A model generated the notes under the pieces. That model searched no databases. It was not told the origin of the DNA and saw nothing but the letters and a program-made list of their open reading frames with translations. Both the position numbers and the translations under genes were made by a program. Positions 25,051 to 37,716 of a DNA stretch of 64,000 nt are shown one piece after another (position 1 is the stretch's first letter; each line of letters starts with the position of its first letter). This stretch comes from Octopus sinensis (lineage: Eukaryota). The stretch is taken from the NCBI RefSeq assembly GCF_006345805.1, contig NC_043024.1:5766001-5830000 (forward strand), given 5' to 3'.

Positions 25051-28000
25051 CCTCGTCTGTCTTGATAGACAATGGGTCGTGCCAAGAGTGGGGCCTACTT
25101 TGATGATGAGCAGCGTCTGCTGTGACTGAACAGTCCAATTCTAGAGTGGCAGTCCCTGGTACAGTTGCTGCACACGAACATCGATGGGTACGTGTGGGGT
25201 GTTGCTGCAGTTGTCCTCCTCCTGTCCTGCCTGTCCGACCACAACTGTGCTCTCCTTTCCTTAGCCATGGAAACGCCTTTCCTCACTGTCCGATGCCAGG
25301 CAGAGCGGTCAGCAGCTGTTACCTCCCACGTGTCCACACAGATGTTGGCAGTCCTCAGGTCGTGCTTGCACACATCCCTGTATTGTAGCTGTGGACGTCC
25401 CTTGGGTCAGGATCCCGTGGTGAGTTCGCTGTACAGGATGTCTTTAGGCATGCGACCGTCCTGCATGCGGCAGACGTGTCCGAGCCAGCGCAGTCGTCTC
25501 CGCACAAGGAGGGCATGCATGCTTGGCATATTAGTCTGTTCTAGGATGACTCCGTTTGGTACTCGGTCCTTCCAGGAGATGCCAAGGATCCGTTGAAGAC
25601 ACCGCATGTGGAAGCCGCTGAGGCGGCATTCTTGCCGGGTGTATGTTGTCCAGCTCTCGCTGCCGTAGAGTAGGATGCTCAGCATGCAGGCTCGGTACAC
25701 TGCGATCTTGGTGGTTATTGTGAGCATGTTGTTTTCCCACACTCTCCTGGAGAGCTTAGCCATGGCAGCAGCAGCCTTCCCAATCCGTCTGTTCAGCTCC
25801 GGCTTGAGGGACAGGCTGCTGGAGACCGTCGATCCCAGGTAAGTGAACACGTTCACCACCTGCAAGCTGTGGTCGCCGACACTGATGCTGGGGACCCCTC
25901 CGACGTCCTGGCCCATGATCTCTGTCTTTTTCAGGCCGATGGTAAGGCCAAACTCTTGGCAGGCATCCGCCAGGGAGCTGACCAGCCTCTGGAGACCTGG
26001 CTGGTTGTGTGATGTTAGGGCGGCATCGTCAGCAAAGAGGATCTCTCTGATCAGCACCTGACGGACTTTGGTCTTAGCTCTGAGGCGCGCAAGATTGAAC
26101 AATCCACCATCAGCCCTGGTGTGGAGGAACACTCCGTCGTCAGACGTTCTGAAGGCATAGGACAGGACAAGGGAGAAGAAAATTCCGAAGAGCGTCGGCG
26201 CCAGAACGCAACCCTGTTTCACTCCACTCTGGATGGGGAACAACTCCGAGGGCGATCCGTCAAACTGCACTGTTCCCTGCATACTGTCGTGAAAGGAGGT
26301 GATGAGTTTCAGCAGTCTGGGAGGGCAACCTATCCTACCCAGGAGCGCAAACAGCCCCTCCCTGCTGACTGAGTCGAACGCCATAGCCAGGTCGATGAAG
26401 GCCACGTATAGGGGCTGTCTCTGTTCTCGACTCTTTTCTTGAAGCTGCCTGAGTGAGAAGATCATGTCGATTGTAGACCTCTCTGCCCTAAAGCCAGACT
26501 GAGACTCGGGGTACACACGCTCTGCAAGCACTTGCAACCTCTTCTGGACCACCCTGGCAAATGCCTTACTGACAGTGCTGAGCAGTGATATGCCCCTGTA
26601 ATTATTACAGTCGCTTCTGTCCCCTTTGTTTTTATACAGTGTGATGATGTTTGCGTCACGCATATCCTTAGGGACAGAGCCCTCCTCCCAGCACTGACAG
26701 AGCAGCTCGTGGAGATGGCCCAGAAGGGCTGGCTTCCTGCACTGGATGACTTCTGCGGGGATGCCGTCTTGCCCTGGTGCCTTGCCCCGAGCGAGTGAGT
26801 CAATTGCTTTGCTCAGTTCTTCCTTTGTTGGAGGCAGGTCAAACTCCTCCATGACAGGCAGAGCAGGAATGCAGCCGGGGGCAGACCTGGTGACCACATT
26901 CTCAGTGGAGTAGAGGTTCTGGTAATGCTCGACCCACCTCTCCATCTGCTTCGCTTGGTCCTTGATGACCTCTCCATCCCTGGACTTCAGTGGAGCAACC
27001 TTGCTGACAGTGGGCCCGAATGCTTTCTTCATCCGCTCGTACATCCCTTTCACGTTACCACTGCCAGCACAGCACTGGATGTTCTGGCATAAGTTCTGCC
27101 AGTAGATGTTGGTGCAACGTCTGGGCGTCGCTTCTGGCTGTTCTCAGAGTAGCCAGGTTCTTTTCTGATGGGTTGCGCTTATAGTTGACCAGTGCTTCCC
27201 TCTTGGCAGCAATGACAGGCTCCATCTCAGGCAGGTGAGCTTCAAACCAGTCTTGATTTCTCCGCTCCCTCTTTCCTAAGGATGACATGGCTATTCTGCA
27301 AGTGGTGTCGCGAATAAGCTGCCATCTCTCCTCGATGGACGTGGCTGCGTGATCTTTAAGGGCCTCCTCCATGCGGTTGGTGAATTCCGAGCGGAGGTCG
27401 GGGTTGGTTGTCCTGGCGGTGTTGATGTGTGGGCGGCTTTTCCCTACGGGACGGTGGATTTTCTTTGGGGCCAATCGGACCCTGCTGCACACCAGAGAGT
27501 GGTCTGTATCACAGTCAGCACTATGGTAGCTGCGTGTGAGAAGCACACTGCCGAGGTGGGCTCGCCGGGTGATGACCATGTGCCAGTGTCCGGACCTTGG
27601 GTGATGACCATGTGCCAGTGTCCGGACCTTGGGTGATGACCATGTGCCAGTGTCCGGACCTTGGGTGATGACCATGTGCCAGTGTCCGGACCTTGGGTGC
27701 CTCCATGAGACCTGGTGTTGTGGCTTAGTCATGAAGAATGTGTTGGAAACGCAGAGTTTCCGGTAAGAGCAAAGCTCCAACAGTCTCTGGCCATTCTCAT
27801 TCATCTTCCCCACGCCAAAGCGTCCAAGGCAATCTGGCCATGCCCCATGATCGGATCCCACCCTTGTGTTGAAGTCGCCCAGAAGGAAGATGGGCTCCGA
27901 CCCTGGTATCTGGCTGATGGTGGCGTCGAGCTCCTCATAGAACCGGTCTTTTATTTCCTGAGGAGAGTGGAGTGTTGGGGCATAAGCACTAATTATGTTT

Positions 28001-28985
28001 ACCTTCCCCGTTGATGTTGCAAGGCCAAGAGTGAGGATGCGCTCTGAGCCATTTGAAGGAGGGATCGCCATGGGGAGCAAGCTGTTCCTCACGGCAAACC
28101 CCACGCCATGCTGGCGGACCTCCTCAACAGGTCTCCCCTGACAGTAGAAGGTGTAGTCCTTCTCCTGCAGCATGCCGTCTGCGGTGAGCCTGGTCTCTTG
28201 CAGCGCCGCTATGTCGATGTTCAGCCTTTTCAATTCGGTGTTGATGACTGCTGTCTTCCTACTGTCGTTCATCTGTCGTAGATCGTCAATGATGCCAGGG
28301 CACATGGTCCTGACATTCCAGGTGGCCAGTCGCAAGACTGGTGATTGGGTATTTGTTTTTCCTTTGTTTGCTGGTGCAGGGTTTTCAGTCTGCTTTTCAG
28401 ATTTTGTCCTAGCTCCAAGCACCCATTGAAGCGGGCAGTCTGTGGCGGGTCAGCACCATTATTGGCCGGGGGCTGCCCAGCTTAAGGCGGGCGGTAGCTG
28501 ACCAGTGGGACTTCAATGATCCCTCCCACCGTTAGAGACGGCCCGTAGCGCCTGGGATTACGCCAATTCACCCTGGCTTAAAACTCGTAACTGCCATCTC
28601 AGCTTGTTCCATCGATGGAGAAGTTTCTCCATGGCGCAAGCCTGGGTGGTAGGAACGAAGACACTGGGCTGCCCAAACACCAGAATCTCCCTCTCGGCCC
28701 CCCAGACATAATCCAAAGGAATGCAGTGCAGTACGTTTGGAGTCTGGTTGGCTGCAGGAGTTGCCGGAAAAGGGTCGAGATTTGACACCCTACCGCCTTC
28801 GGGGCTCCACTCTGGATTTTCTGTCTGGGTTTACTCCCATAGCCTTTCCCTCTCCCAAGAGCATCCGCAAGGCAGCGGAGCGAGGGTTTGGAGTCAGAGT
28901 TTTCCTTCTCCTAGACTGGCTGCCAACCAAGGCTAACGAGCCCAGTCTGCCCACCCGGTTATGCCGCCAAGCACCCGGTCGCGCC
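25051..28985 (-). mobile_element. Near full-length RTE (BovB-like) LINE with one frameshift (~27115) and one nonsense codon (25407)
   Basis: LATWNVRTM, AALQETR, GDFNTRVG, SADCDTDH (APE); NYRGISLL, ESQSGFR, VAFIDL, GVKQGCVLAP, LFADD (RT); C-terminal CSNC...IGLFSH; GC-rich 5' UTR; 3' end cccattgtctatcaagacagacg. Confidence 0.95.
27567..27699. repeat. Perfect 32-bp tandem repeat x4 inside the RTE endonuclease
   Basis: gggtgatgaccatgtgccagtgtccggacctt starts at 27567, 27599, 27631 and 27663, followed by gggtg. Confidence 0.97.
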
Positions 28986-29164
28986 ACACAGCAGGCTCAG
29001 TGAGAACAGGGGATGCCGCATGAAGGTGCTGCTGTGGACACAGTAGTGCAGGAGAGGCCATAAGCAAGAACTTTCCACAAGGTGCAGCCAAGTAGAAGTT
29101 CTGCAGCGATCATTACACCTGGAGAGGAGAGGCTATGAGAGACGCAATCACTTTCCTTTGCCCC

Positions 29165-29232
<68 letters not shown>

Positions 29233-29875
29233 AATATGACTTAGTAGTTAAAATACTTAACTATTTGGTCTCTGGTTCAGTCCTACTGTGTGGCACCCTG
29301 TCCAGGTGCCTTCTCCTATGGCCCTAAATCAATCAGTCAGTGAATTTGGTAAATAGGAACTGGAAGAAACTTATTGTGTATGTAGCTGTGTGGTAAGAAG
29401 CTTGCTTTCCAACCACATGGTTCCGGGTTCAGTCCCACTGTGTGACACCTTGGCAAATGTCTTCTACTATAACCTCGGGCCAACCAAAGCCAGCCTTGTG
29501 AGTTGATTTGGCAGACGGAAACTGAAAGAAGCCCATCATAAGTATGTGTGTCTGTATCCCCCCCACCCATTGTCACTTGACTACTGGTACTGGTGTGCTT
29601 ACATTCCAATAACTTAGCAGTTTGGCAAAAGAGACCGATAGAACAATTTGTAGGCTTAAGAAATAAGTCCTGGGGTCGATTTGTTCAACTGAAACCCTTC
29701 AAGGTGGTGCTCCAACATGGCTTGACTTTACCTTTCGTCCCTTTGGGATCAATAAAATAACAATTGAGCACTGGGGTTGATTTAATCGGTTTAACCTCTC
29801 CCCTGAAATTGCTGGCCTTGTACCAAAATGTGAAACAAATGCTCAGCTAGCTTCCAGTCCTCCATGTCAGCTGAC

Positions 29876-29926
29876 CTTTTCAAAACTGTAGCTTCTGTCT
29901 ATGTTTTCCAACACCTTTCGCTGTTC
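29876..29926 (-). CDS. 51-nt internal exon of an unidentified minus-strand host gene (EQRKVLENIDRSYSFEK)
   Basis: Strong acceptor ttttctgtctccctttttCAG, open phase 0-0 exon of exactly 17 codons, donor AAG|GTcagc; unique sequence amid repeats. Confidence 0.6.
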
Positions 29927-31169
29927 CTGAAAAAGGGAGACAGAAAAATATGTGTGCCCTTGTCTTGTATTATGTGATGGTTGTAAACGAGCATCCCTGT
30001 CATACAAGCACTGTTGTTTGTTTCCATCTTTGGTGAAAAGCATGTCTGGCCATGAAAAGTATTACCTTGCTTGGCAACTGGTGAAGGTTGATGACAGGAA
30101 GAACATCCAGCTGTAGAAAATCTGCCTCAACAAAACTTGTCTGATCCATGCAAGCATGGGGAAAAAAGACGTTAAAATGACAACAATGATACACACACAC
30201 CAACGTCTCATTTTTCACTGAATTGAAATTGGCAGTAATAGGCATTTTCCACAAGACTTGAACATCCTTGAGAGATATGTAGTTGATGAATCATAAAAAG
30301 CCACATTCTAGAATTATCTTCTATTCTTAAGACAGCCAGGTACTGAACAGATCTTGCTTTATACTTGCTACTGTTGAAATATTCAAGGTTAAATTAGTAC
30401 CATTGTACCATTATTTCATGACTACACAGCTGGTAGTTTGTTGTTTCCAACATTGTCAGTTGGTAACTTGATCTTTTGCACATGTCACACCGCAAGGATG
30501 TTGGTGCTGGTGCTGCCGTTCTGTTGTACATTCTGCTACTGGTAGCTGTCTGTCATTGTAGTTTTTTTTTTCCTTTCAGAAGGTAGTAAGGAAACAAAGC
30601 ATTTTCGTCTATGCTTATTTTACTGTCTGTTATATTCTGAATGCTATGGCAACAAGACCTTGAGTTTGTCTCGTGTTGACCATTATTATTGATGACCTTG
30701 AAGTTATTGTTATCATCATCATCCTTTTATGTCTGTTTTCCATGCTGGCATGGGTTGGATGGTTCAATAGAAGCTGGCAAACCAGAAGACAGCATCTGGC
30801 TCCGTGTTTGCTTTGGCATAGTTTCTACAACTGGATGCCCTTCCTAATGCCAACAGCTTCACACTAGAGTGTTGTAGTTTGCTTGAAGCATTGTAGTACA
30901 GAGGTAGAATCATGAATAAGGTAAGAAATAAAGAAAGCTTCTAAAAATACAGAAAGTTTTGAAAATTTTATATTTTGGGTACAAATGCCCATCTTCCGAT
31001 GAATACAGTCAAAGAAATGTAGATCTTATCAAAATTAGCTGGATCTCTATAAATACTTTTTTCTTTGATTGTATTCTGCTGAATATAGGCCTTTACTCCC
31101 AAAATATAATGGGCTCTTAAACTTTCTACCTCGTTACAAGCTTTCCTTATTTCTCATCTCATTCATTAC

Positions 31170-31860
31170 ATTGTGTAACACGGTTTTTACTCTTGGGTAG
31201 CAACTGTTATTTCCTATTTGCTTATTCCTGGGAAGTATGGAAAATGGCTAACATTTCCTTTGAATTTTGCTTTTATTCCATTCATTCAAACCCCAAAGAA
31301 TCCCCCTCAACACATGGCCATGATGCTCCCCAACTACTCTTGCTCATCATCAGAGATGCACATATTGTCAACCACTAAGAGACATGCTCAACTGGTTATG
31401 GTCAAGCAACTGACAAGCAAATCTGTGGTTTTGAGCAGAATATTTGCTATAATGATATTTCTGCTTCAGCAACTTGGCACTGAATCTGTGTGAAATGTAA
31501 TGGGAAATAGGTCAGCTTCCAAACATCATCATGTCCAGGTCAGAAAAGCAAAGTTTAAAGGAACCAGTAGTCATTTCTTTTGATTTCTAGATAGAAGCAA
31601 ATAGGACATAACTCTTACTGACCAAAGACAACAAGCAAATCTGTGGTATTGAGCAGAATATTTGCTATAATGATATTTCTGCTTCAGTAACTCAGCACTG
31701 AATCTGTGTGAAATGTAATGGGAAATAGGTCAGCTTCCAAACATCATCATGTCCAGGTCAGAAAAGGCAAAGTTTTGAAGGGACCAGTAGTGATTTCCTT
31801 TGATTTCAAGATAGAAGCAAATAGGAAATAACACTTACTGACCAAAGACATACAAATCTG
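31170..31860. repeat. Interspersed non-coding repeat with internal ~225-bp tandem duplication; second copy at 55690-56140
   Basis: gcaaatctgtgg..ttgagcagaatatttgctataatgatatttctgcttcag occurs twice here (31417, 31637) and once near 55925. Confidence 0.75.
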
Positions 31861-31861
31861 T

Positions 31862-34800
31862 GGTACAGTAGGTCCTTTGGAATCCATCCTGCATCCATTC
31901 AGCTGACATGACCTAGCCACCGAAGACACCTATCATGAAGTGATGTTTGCATGCTGTACATGTTGGCACGGTCTAAAACCTCTGTGTTGGTGATCCTGTC
32001 CTGCCATTTGATATGGAGAATGTGCCGCAGGCACCTTAGGTGGAAGCTATTGAGTTGTTTCTCATGTCGGGTGTAGGAGGTCCATGTCTCGCTTCCGTAC
32101 AGCAGTATGCTCAGTACGCATGCTCGGTAAACTCTCAGTTTAATATTCTGAGTGAGACTGGTGTTGTTCCATACCCGTTTAAGCTTGACCATTACCGCTG
32201 TTGCCTTGCCGATTCTGCTCGTAACCTCTGTGTTGATGGACACAGAGTTGGATATAGTTAACCTGAGATAGGTGAAGTTGTCAACCACTGCTAGGCTGTA
32301 GCCATCTATGCAGTTTGATGGGTTATGCTCTGCGCCCTGCACCATGACGTCTGTCTTCTTCAGGCTGATATTTAGACCAAATTCTTTGCAGGCGTGGTAC
32401 ATACAGCTCACAAGGTCTTGGAGCCCAGCTTGTGTGTGCGACGTCATCTGCGAAGAGCATCTCTCGAATGAGTACCTTAGCGACTTTAGTTTTGGCTTCT
32501 AGACGGGAGATGTTGAAAAGCTTGCCGTCACACCTGGTGTGGATGTAAACTCCCTCCTTGCTGGTCTTAAAAGCAAACTGTAGGAGCAGCGAGAAGAATA
32601 TTCCGAAGAGTGTCGGTGCGAGAACACAACCTTGTTTCACTCTGCTGCTGACTGGGAAGGCTTCCGGTGTTGCGCCGTTGTAGCAGACAGTGCTGTGCAT
32701 GTCGTGGAATGAGGTTGTCACTTTGAGCGGGTGCGGTGGGCATCCTATCTTCTGTAGAAGTGTAAAGAGTCCATTCCTGCTGATGAGATCGAATGCCTTG
32801 GTGAGGTCAATGAAGGCTATATAGAGAGGCATCTGTTGTTCTAGGCACTTCTCTTGCAGTTGTCGTAGTGAGAATATCATGTCCACTGTGGATAGTCCTG
32901 CTCTGAAACCACACTGTGACTCTGGGTAAACACGGTTTGCCAAGGTTTGTAGGCGCACTAGTGTGGACTCATGCGAAGGCTTTACCGACTACACTGAGTA
33001 GAGAGATACCCCTGTAGTTGTTGCAGTCGTTGCGATCACCTTTGTTTTTGTACAGGGTGATGATTTTAGCGTCTCTCACGTCTTGTGGTTTGTGACCATG
33101 TTCCCAGCAGAGGCAGAGTAGATCATGCAGGGGGTGTAGCAGTGCAGGTTTCCCACATTTGAGGATTTCTGATGGGATGCCATCGTTCCCGTGAGCCTTG
33201 CCACAGGCTTGTGTGTCGATTGCCTTGCTGAGCTCTTCCATTGTGGGTGGAGAGTCTAGTTCGTTCATAACCAGTAGGACCGGGATAGCGTTGAGGGCCA
33301 AGTCTGTGACGACATTCTGTGTAGCATACAGTTCAGGGTAGGGCTCAGGCCAGCGCTGCATTTGTTTCTCCTGATCTTGGATTATTACTCCCTCTTTGGT
33401 CTTGAAAGGAGCCGTCTTGGTAGGAGCCTGTTGCCTTCTTTATGCCCTCGTACATCCCACGCACATTCCCTGAGTCTGCTGCACTCTGTTGTATGCTGTT
33501 GCAGAGGTTCAACCAGTAAATGTTGGCGCAGCGCCGGGCTGTCTGCTGAGATGTGCCCCCTGGCGTCCCTGAGGTTCTGGAGGTTACTGTGGCATGGGTT
33601 GTGTTTGTAGGACAGATGTGCTTTCCTTTTGGCTTCTGTGGTTGGTTCCATCTCATCCCAATGTGCTTCAAACCAGCCAGCATTTTTTCTTTCTTTCTTC
33701 CCATAGGCGTTGATAGCGGAGCTGTACATGTTGTCGTGAAGATAGTGCCACTTTTTGTCGATGCAGTCATTAGATAGTGCTTTAGTGAGTGACTCTTCCA
33801 CGTTGGCGACGAATTGTGACGTTTTCTCAATGTTACTGGTGTTGTGGGTGTTGACGGCATTTTTCCTTGGAGTGGTGCATTTTCTTCAGTCTCAGGTGGA
33901 CTTTGCTGGTGACTAAGGCGTGGTCTGTATCACAGTCTGCACTATGGTAACTGCGAGTAAGAAGAACGCTGGCTATGTCTGCGCACCTTGTGATGACCAG
34001 GTTGAGTTGGTGCCAGTGACAGGATTGCGGGTGTCTCCAGGAAACTTGGTGGATTTCTTTGCAATTGAAGAAAGTGTTGGTAATGCAGAGTCCATGGAGG
34101 CAGCAAAGCTCCAGTAGCTTTTGGCTATTCTTGTTTACTTTCCCTCTACCGAATTTACCCAGGCATGTGGGCTGGGAGTTGTCTGCTCCCACTCTCGCAT
34201 TGAAGTCACCGAGAAGATATAGGAGTTCTGACCTAGGTATCATGGATAGTTCATTGTCCAGAGATTGGTAGAATTGGTCTTTGGTCTCGGGAGATGAAGT
34301 TGGCGCATAGGCAGTGATGATGTTTGCAGGACCTGCGGATGTTGATATTCTGAGGACAAGGATTCTCTCAGATCCAGTCTTTGGTGGCTGAATGTAGGTG
34401 ATGAGGTTATTTTTAACAGCGATGCCAACACCATGAGTCCTTGGTTCGTCTGAGGCCTTTCCCTGCTAGAAGAAGGTGCAGTTTTCTTCTTTGATTGAGC
34501 CACTCTCGGCAAGGTGGGTTTCCTGTAGGCAGGCAATGTCCACATTCAGGCGATTTAGTTCATGGTTAATCACAGCAGTCTTTCTTGCATCGTCAATCAA
34601 TTGTAGGTCTGATGTAAGCCCCGTGCACATGGTTCTAACATGCCAGCTAACGAACCGAAGAGGTGGAGGTTTTGTTCTGTTGTGTGTGGTTTTCTTTTTG
34701 CCTGGTGCGAGGTTTTCTGGCTAACTTTTCGAGATGGTTCTCTAATCTTCACGCACCCAGTGGAGCAGGTGAGCCATGGCGGGACAGCACCTTATTGGCT

Positions 34801-35225
34801 GGGGGCTGCCCAGCTTGAGGCGGTCACGGTAGCTGTCCAATGAGGCTTGATGGCCTCTCCCACCGACAGAGGTGACTCCTGGCGCTCGTTTCCTCCTCCA
34901 ATCGGATTGAGCTTATCACCGGTAATTGTCCCTTCCCGTGTTGTGTCAGAATCTTACGATACTGCTGGAGTGTCCTCTCCAGTCCTCTTCGGTTGAGCTA
35001 CAAGGCCTGGGCAGGTTTGTATGAGGGATCAGCTATTGTCCATGCAGCTTGATCCCCCCCTCCACACAGCTGGTAGCTCCAAGGGAACGACGGGTCGATA
35101 CAGCTTGGTACCAGATGCATCGCAGGAGTTGCCAATGATGAAGTGTTGCGTCAGGCCACCTTAGGGACTCCAGCTCCGGATTTTCTGTTGGGGTTTACTC
35201 CCTTAGCCTTCCCCAGGAGGGGGTC
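31862..35225 (-). mobile_element. Second RTE LINE family, decayed, 3'-truncated
   Basis: WHVRTMC...DARKTAVI, HWHQLNLVIT, SADCDTDH, NYRGISLLS, PESQCGFR, VKQGCVLAP, LFADD motifs across several frameshifts; ends just after RWLGHV. Confidence 0.93.
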
Positions 35226-35544
35226 TTGATATACAAAATATACATAAAATGTATGATGTGAAGTATATAAAAATTTATATAATGAGCAAGCTATAAAAAT
35301 ATACAATATATAAAAATTAGTGAGAAAAAGGCATATATACAGTAAATATATAATTACACATTTATTGGATGGCCGTTGACTCTCAAGAGTTCCCCCACCC
35401 TTTGACGGGTTTTGTTTTTCATTCCGCAGGGTGTCCAATAAACACCCTCCTCACCAAGCAAGCTTGGTGGGGTTGCCAGTTTAGTCGCTGACAGCTTGAC
35501 CATGCAACAGGTTGTACTGGGTTACATGTTACCAGTAGCACTCA

Positions 35545-36035
35545 AAAGTGACCTGACAAACATAGGACTATATAACAGTGCCATTTAAAGACATTAAAAT
35601 ATATGATTTTGAGGGAGATTTGGCTGCTAATTCTAGCAGATCAACTTTCATTACCCATTGACCAAGGCTTATTCCAACTATGACTCCCACCACTCTGTTT
35701 GGTAGGGATATCTAGGACTACATTATCCTATGTGTCCTTCATTTAAGACATTGACAGTGTATGATTTCAGGAAGATTTAGCTACTATTTCTAGCAAATCA
35801 GCCTTAATCAAGCTTATCTATGATCAAGAGTATTCCACTTCGTCTTTTTAAGGATATCTACATTATTCAATGTGTCCTTCATTTAAGACATAGTGTATAA
35901 TTTTAGAAAGGTTTGGCTGCTGTTTCTAGCAGGTCAGCCTTAATTGAACTGAGCTATGATAAAGAATATTCCAGCCATGATCACCACTTCGACCACCTCA
36001 TCGTTTTTAACGATTTCTTGGACTATAATTTCTCA
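35545..36035 (+). repeat. Three tandem copies of repeat family F (also at 6330-6490, 13620-13790, 16130-16210, 42200-42370)
   Basis: tatctaggactacatt...tgatttgagggagatttggctgctatttctagca blocks recur. Confidence 0.7.
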
Positions 36036-36432
36036 TAATGTGGCATTATGTAAAAACACCCACATAAAAGCACCCTGCACACTCTGTAAAGTGGTTGGTG
36101 TTAGGAATGGCATCCAGCCATAGAAACCCTTCCAAATCAGACTGGGGTCTGGTGCAGCTCCCCGCTTGCAAGCTCGGGTCAAACTGTCCGACTCATGCCA
36201 GAATAGACAACGGACCTTAAATGATGATGTAGTTGCTATTTCTAACTGATCAACTCTAACCAATAATCAAAACAGTTTTGATTGAACATTGTTTACATTA
36301 TTTACATTCAGTGGATAATTGTCCTCATCTTGTTTGTTGTTAACACCTTTCAACTGATATACCCTCCAGCTTTCTTCAGATGTCCTGGGGGAAATTTCGA
36401 ACCTGGGTTCTCATTCCTAAGGTATTTTTCGA

Positions 36433-36476
<44 letters not shown>

Positions 36477-36517
36477 TTTAAAAAAGGATTGACGCAACTC
36501 TTCTCAAAGGTAAACAG

Positions 36518-36721
36518 TCAAGACAAAGAGCATGATTCGATTGTAAGAGATCTTATTGAACGATATTTCAACAGTGTCTGTCTTTGTCAAGTTCAAAATA
36601 AGAAGTGATAAAATTTCTGAATTTTTATCACTTCTTATTTTGAACTTGACAAAGACAGACTTACTGTTGAAATATCGTTCAATAAGATCTCTTACAATCG
36701 AATCATGCTCTTCATCTTGAC

Positions 36722-36722
<1 letters not shown>
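36518..36722. repeat. Near-perfect ~100-bp-arm fold-back inverted repeat
   Basis: aagagcatgattcgattgtaagagatc...aagaagtgataaaatt is mirrored around about 36617. Confidence 0.92.
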
Positions 36723-36761
<39 letters not shown>

Positions 36762-37716
36762 TAGTTGTATAACGTGCTTTCACTTCACTACCAAGCACAG
36801 CTCTGTGTGCCTTGGGTATGTGCTGTGATTTGTTGTGATGCTCTGATGGTTATTGTATGAAAAGTGTTCTGCGTAGGATGTGTGCAGTGCCTAGTAGTGC
36901 AATTTTCTGTATGTTATATGTGTTTGTAAGTCCTGGTGTTTTTGTTATGTATTTGTCTGAATATTTTTTTGTCATGCCTAATGCACCTACTATGATAGGA
37001 ATTGTTTCTGTTTTCAGATTCCACATTCTAGTTACCTCTATTTCCAGGTCTTTGTATTTTGAGAGTTTCTCCATTTCTTTTAGAGATACGTTGTCATCAG
37101 CCGGTATTGATACATCAATTAGAAAGCATTTTTTTTCTTCATGGTCTCTGACAACTATATCTGGTCTGTTGGCCTTAATTTCTCTATCTGTGTGTATCGG
37201 CATATCCCAGAGTATGGTTGCTTTCTCGTTTTCTGTGACCTTTTCTGGTGTGTGCCTATACCATCTTTTTTCTGTTGTTATTCCATAATGTTGGCATAGC
37301 TTCCAATGTATGTAGGTTCCAACTCTGTCATGTCTGTGAATATATTCCTTCTTAGCCAGGACTGGGCAGCCAGAGATAATATGATTTATTGTTTCTTGTC
37401 CATCTCCACATATTCTGCAGTTACTTGTTATATTTCTTTTCATTACATATTTTTGGTAATTTCTGGTGGGGAGGCTTTGGTCTTGTGCTGCAATTAAAAA
37501 TCCCTCTGTTTCTGCTTTGAGTCCTGAGCTTCTCAACCATTGCTGGGATTTTTCTTTGTCTATTTCTTTTGCGTTTAGTTTAGTCCAGTATTTACCATAA
37601 AGGGGCTTTTCTTGCCATCGTTTTATCATGGTTCGTTGCTGTTCTATTTTTAGTTTATCATGGTTCGTTGCTGTTCTATTTTTAGTTTATCATGGTTCGT
37701 TGCTGTTCTATTTTTA
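36762..37716 (-). mobile_element. 5'-truncated R4/Dong-clade LINE (restriction-like endonuclease) in a (TAA)n tract
   Basis: LKAETEGFLIAAQDQSL, CRICG...ETINHIISGC, RHDRV, RPDIVV, FLIDVSIPAD.N...EKLSKYKDL, KIALLGTAHILRR; flanked by (TAT)n on both sides; 32-bp x3 at the 5' junction. Confidence 0.9.

Noticed and set aside
28900-28985. HDV-like or twister ribozyme at the RTE 5' end
   Set aside because: P3 is not contiguous with P1, no P1.1 could be formed, and the twister signature (ggtcccaagcccgg) is absent; kept only as an unexplained structured motif.
30440-30590. Possible exon (minus-strand QNVQQNGSTSTNILAV* or plus-strand 6-nt microexon after tttcag)
   Set aside because: Several incompatible readings, none with both a convincing frame and splice pair.
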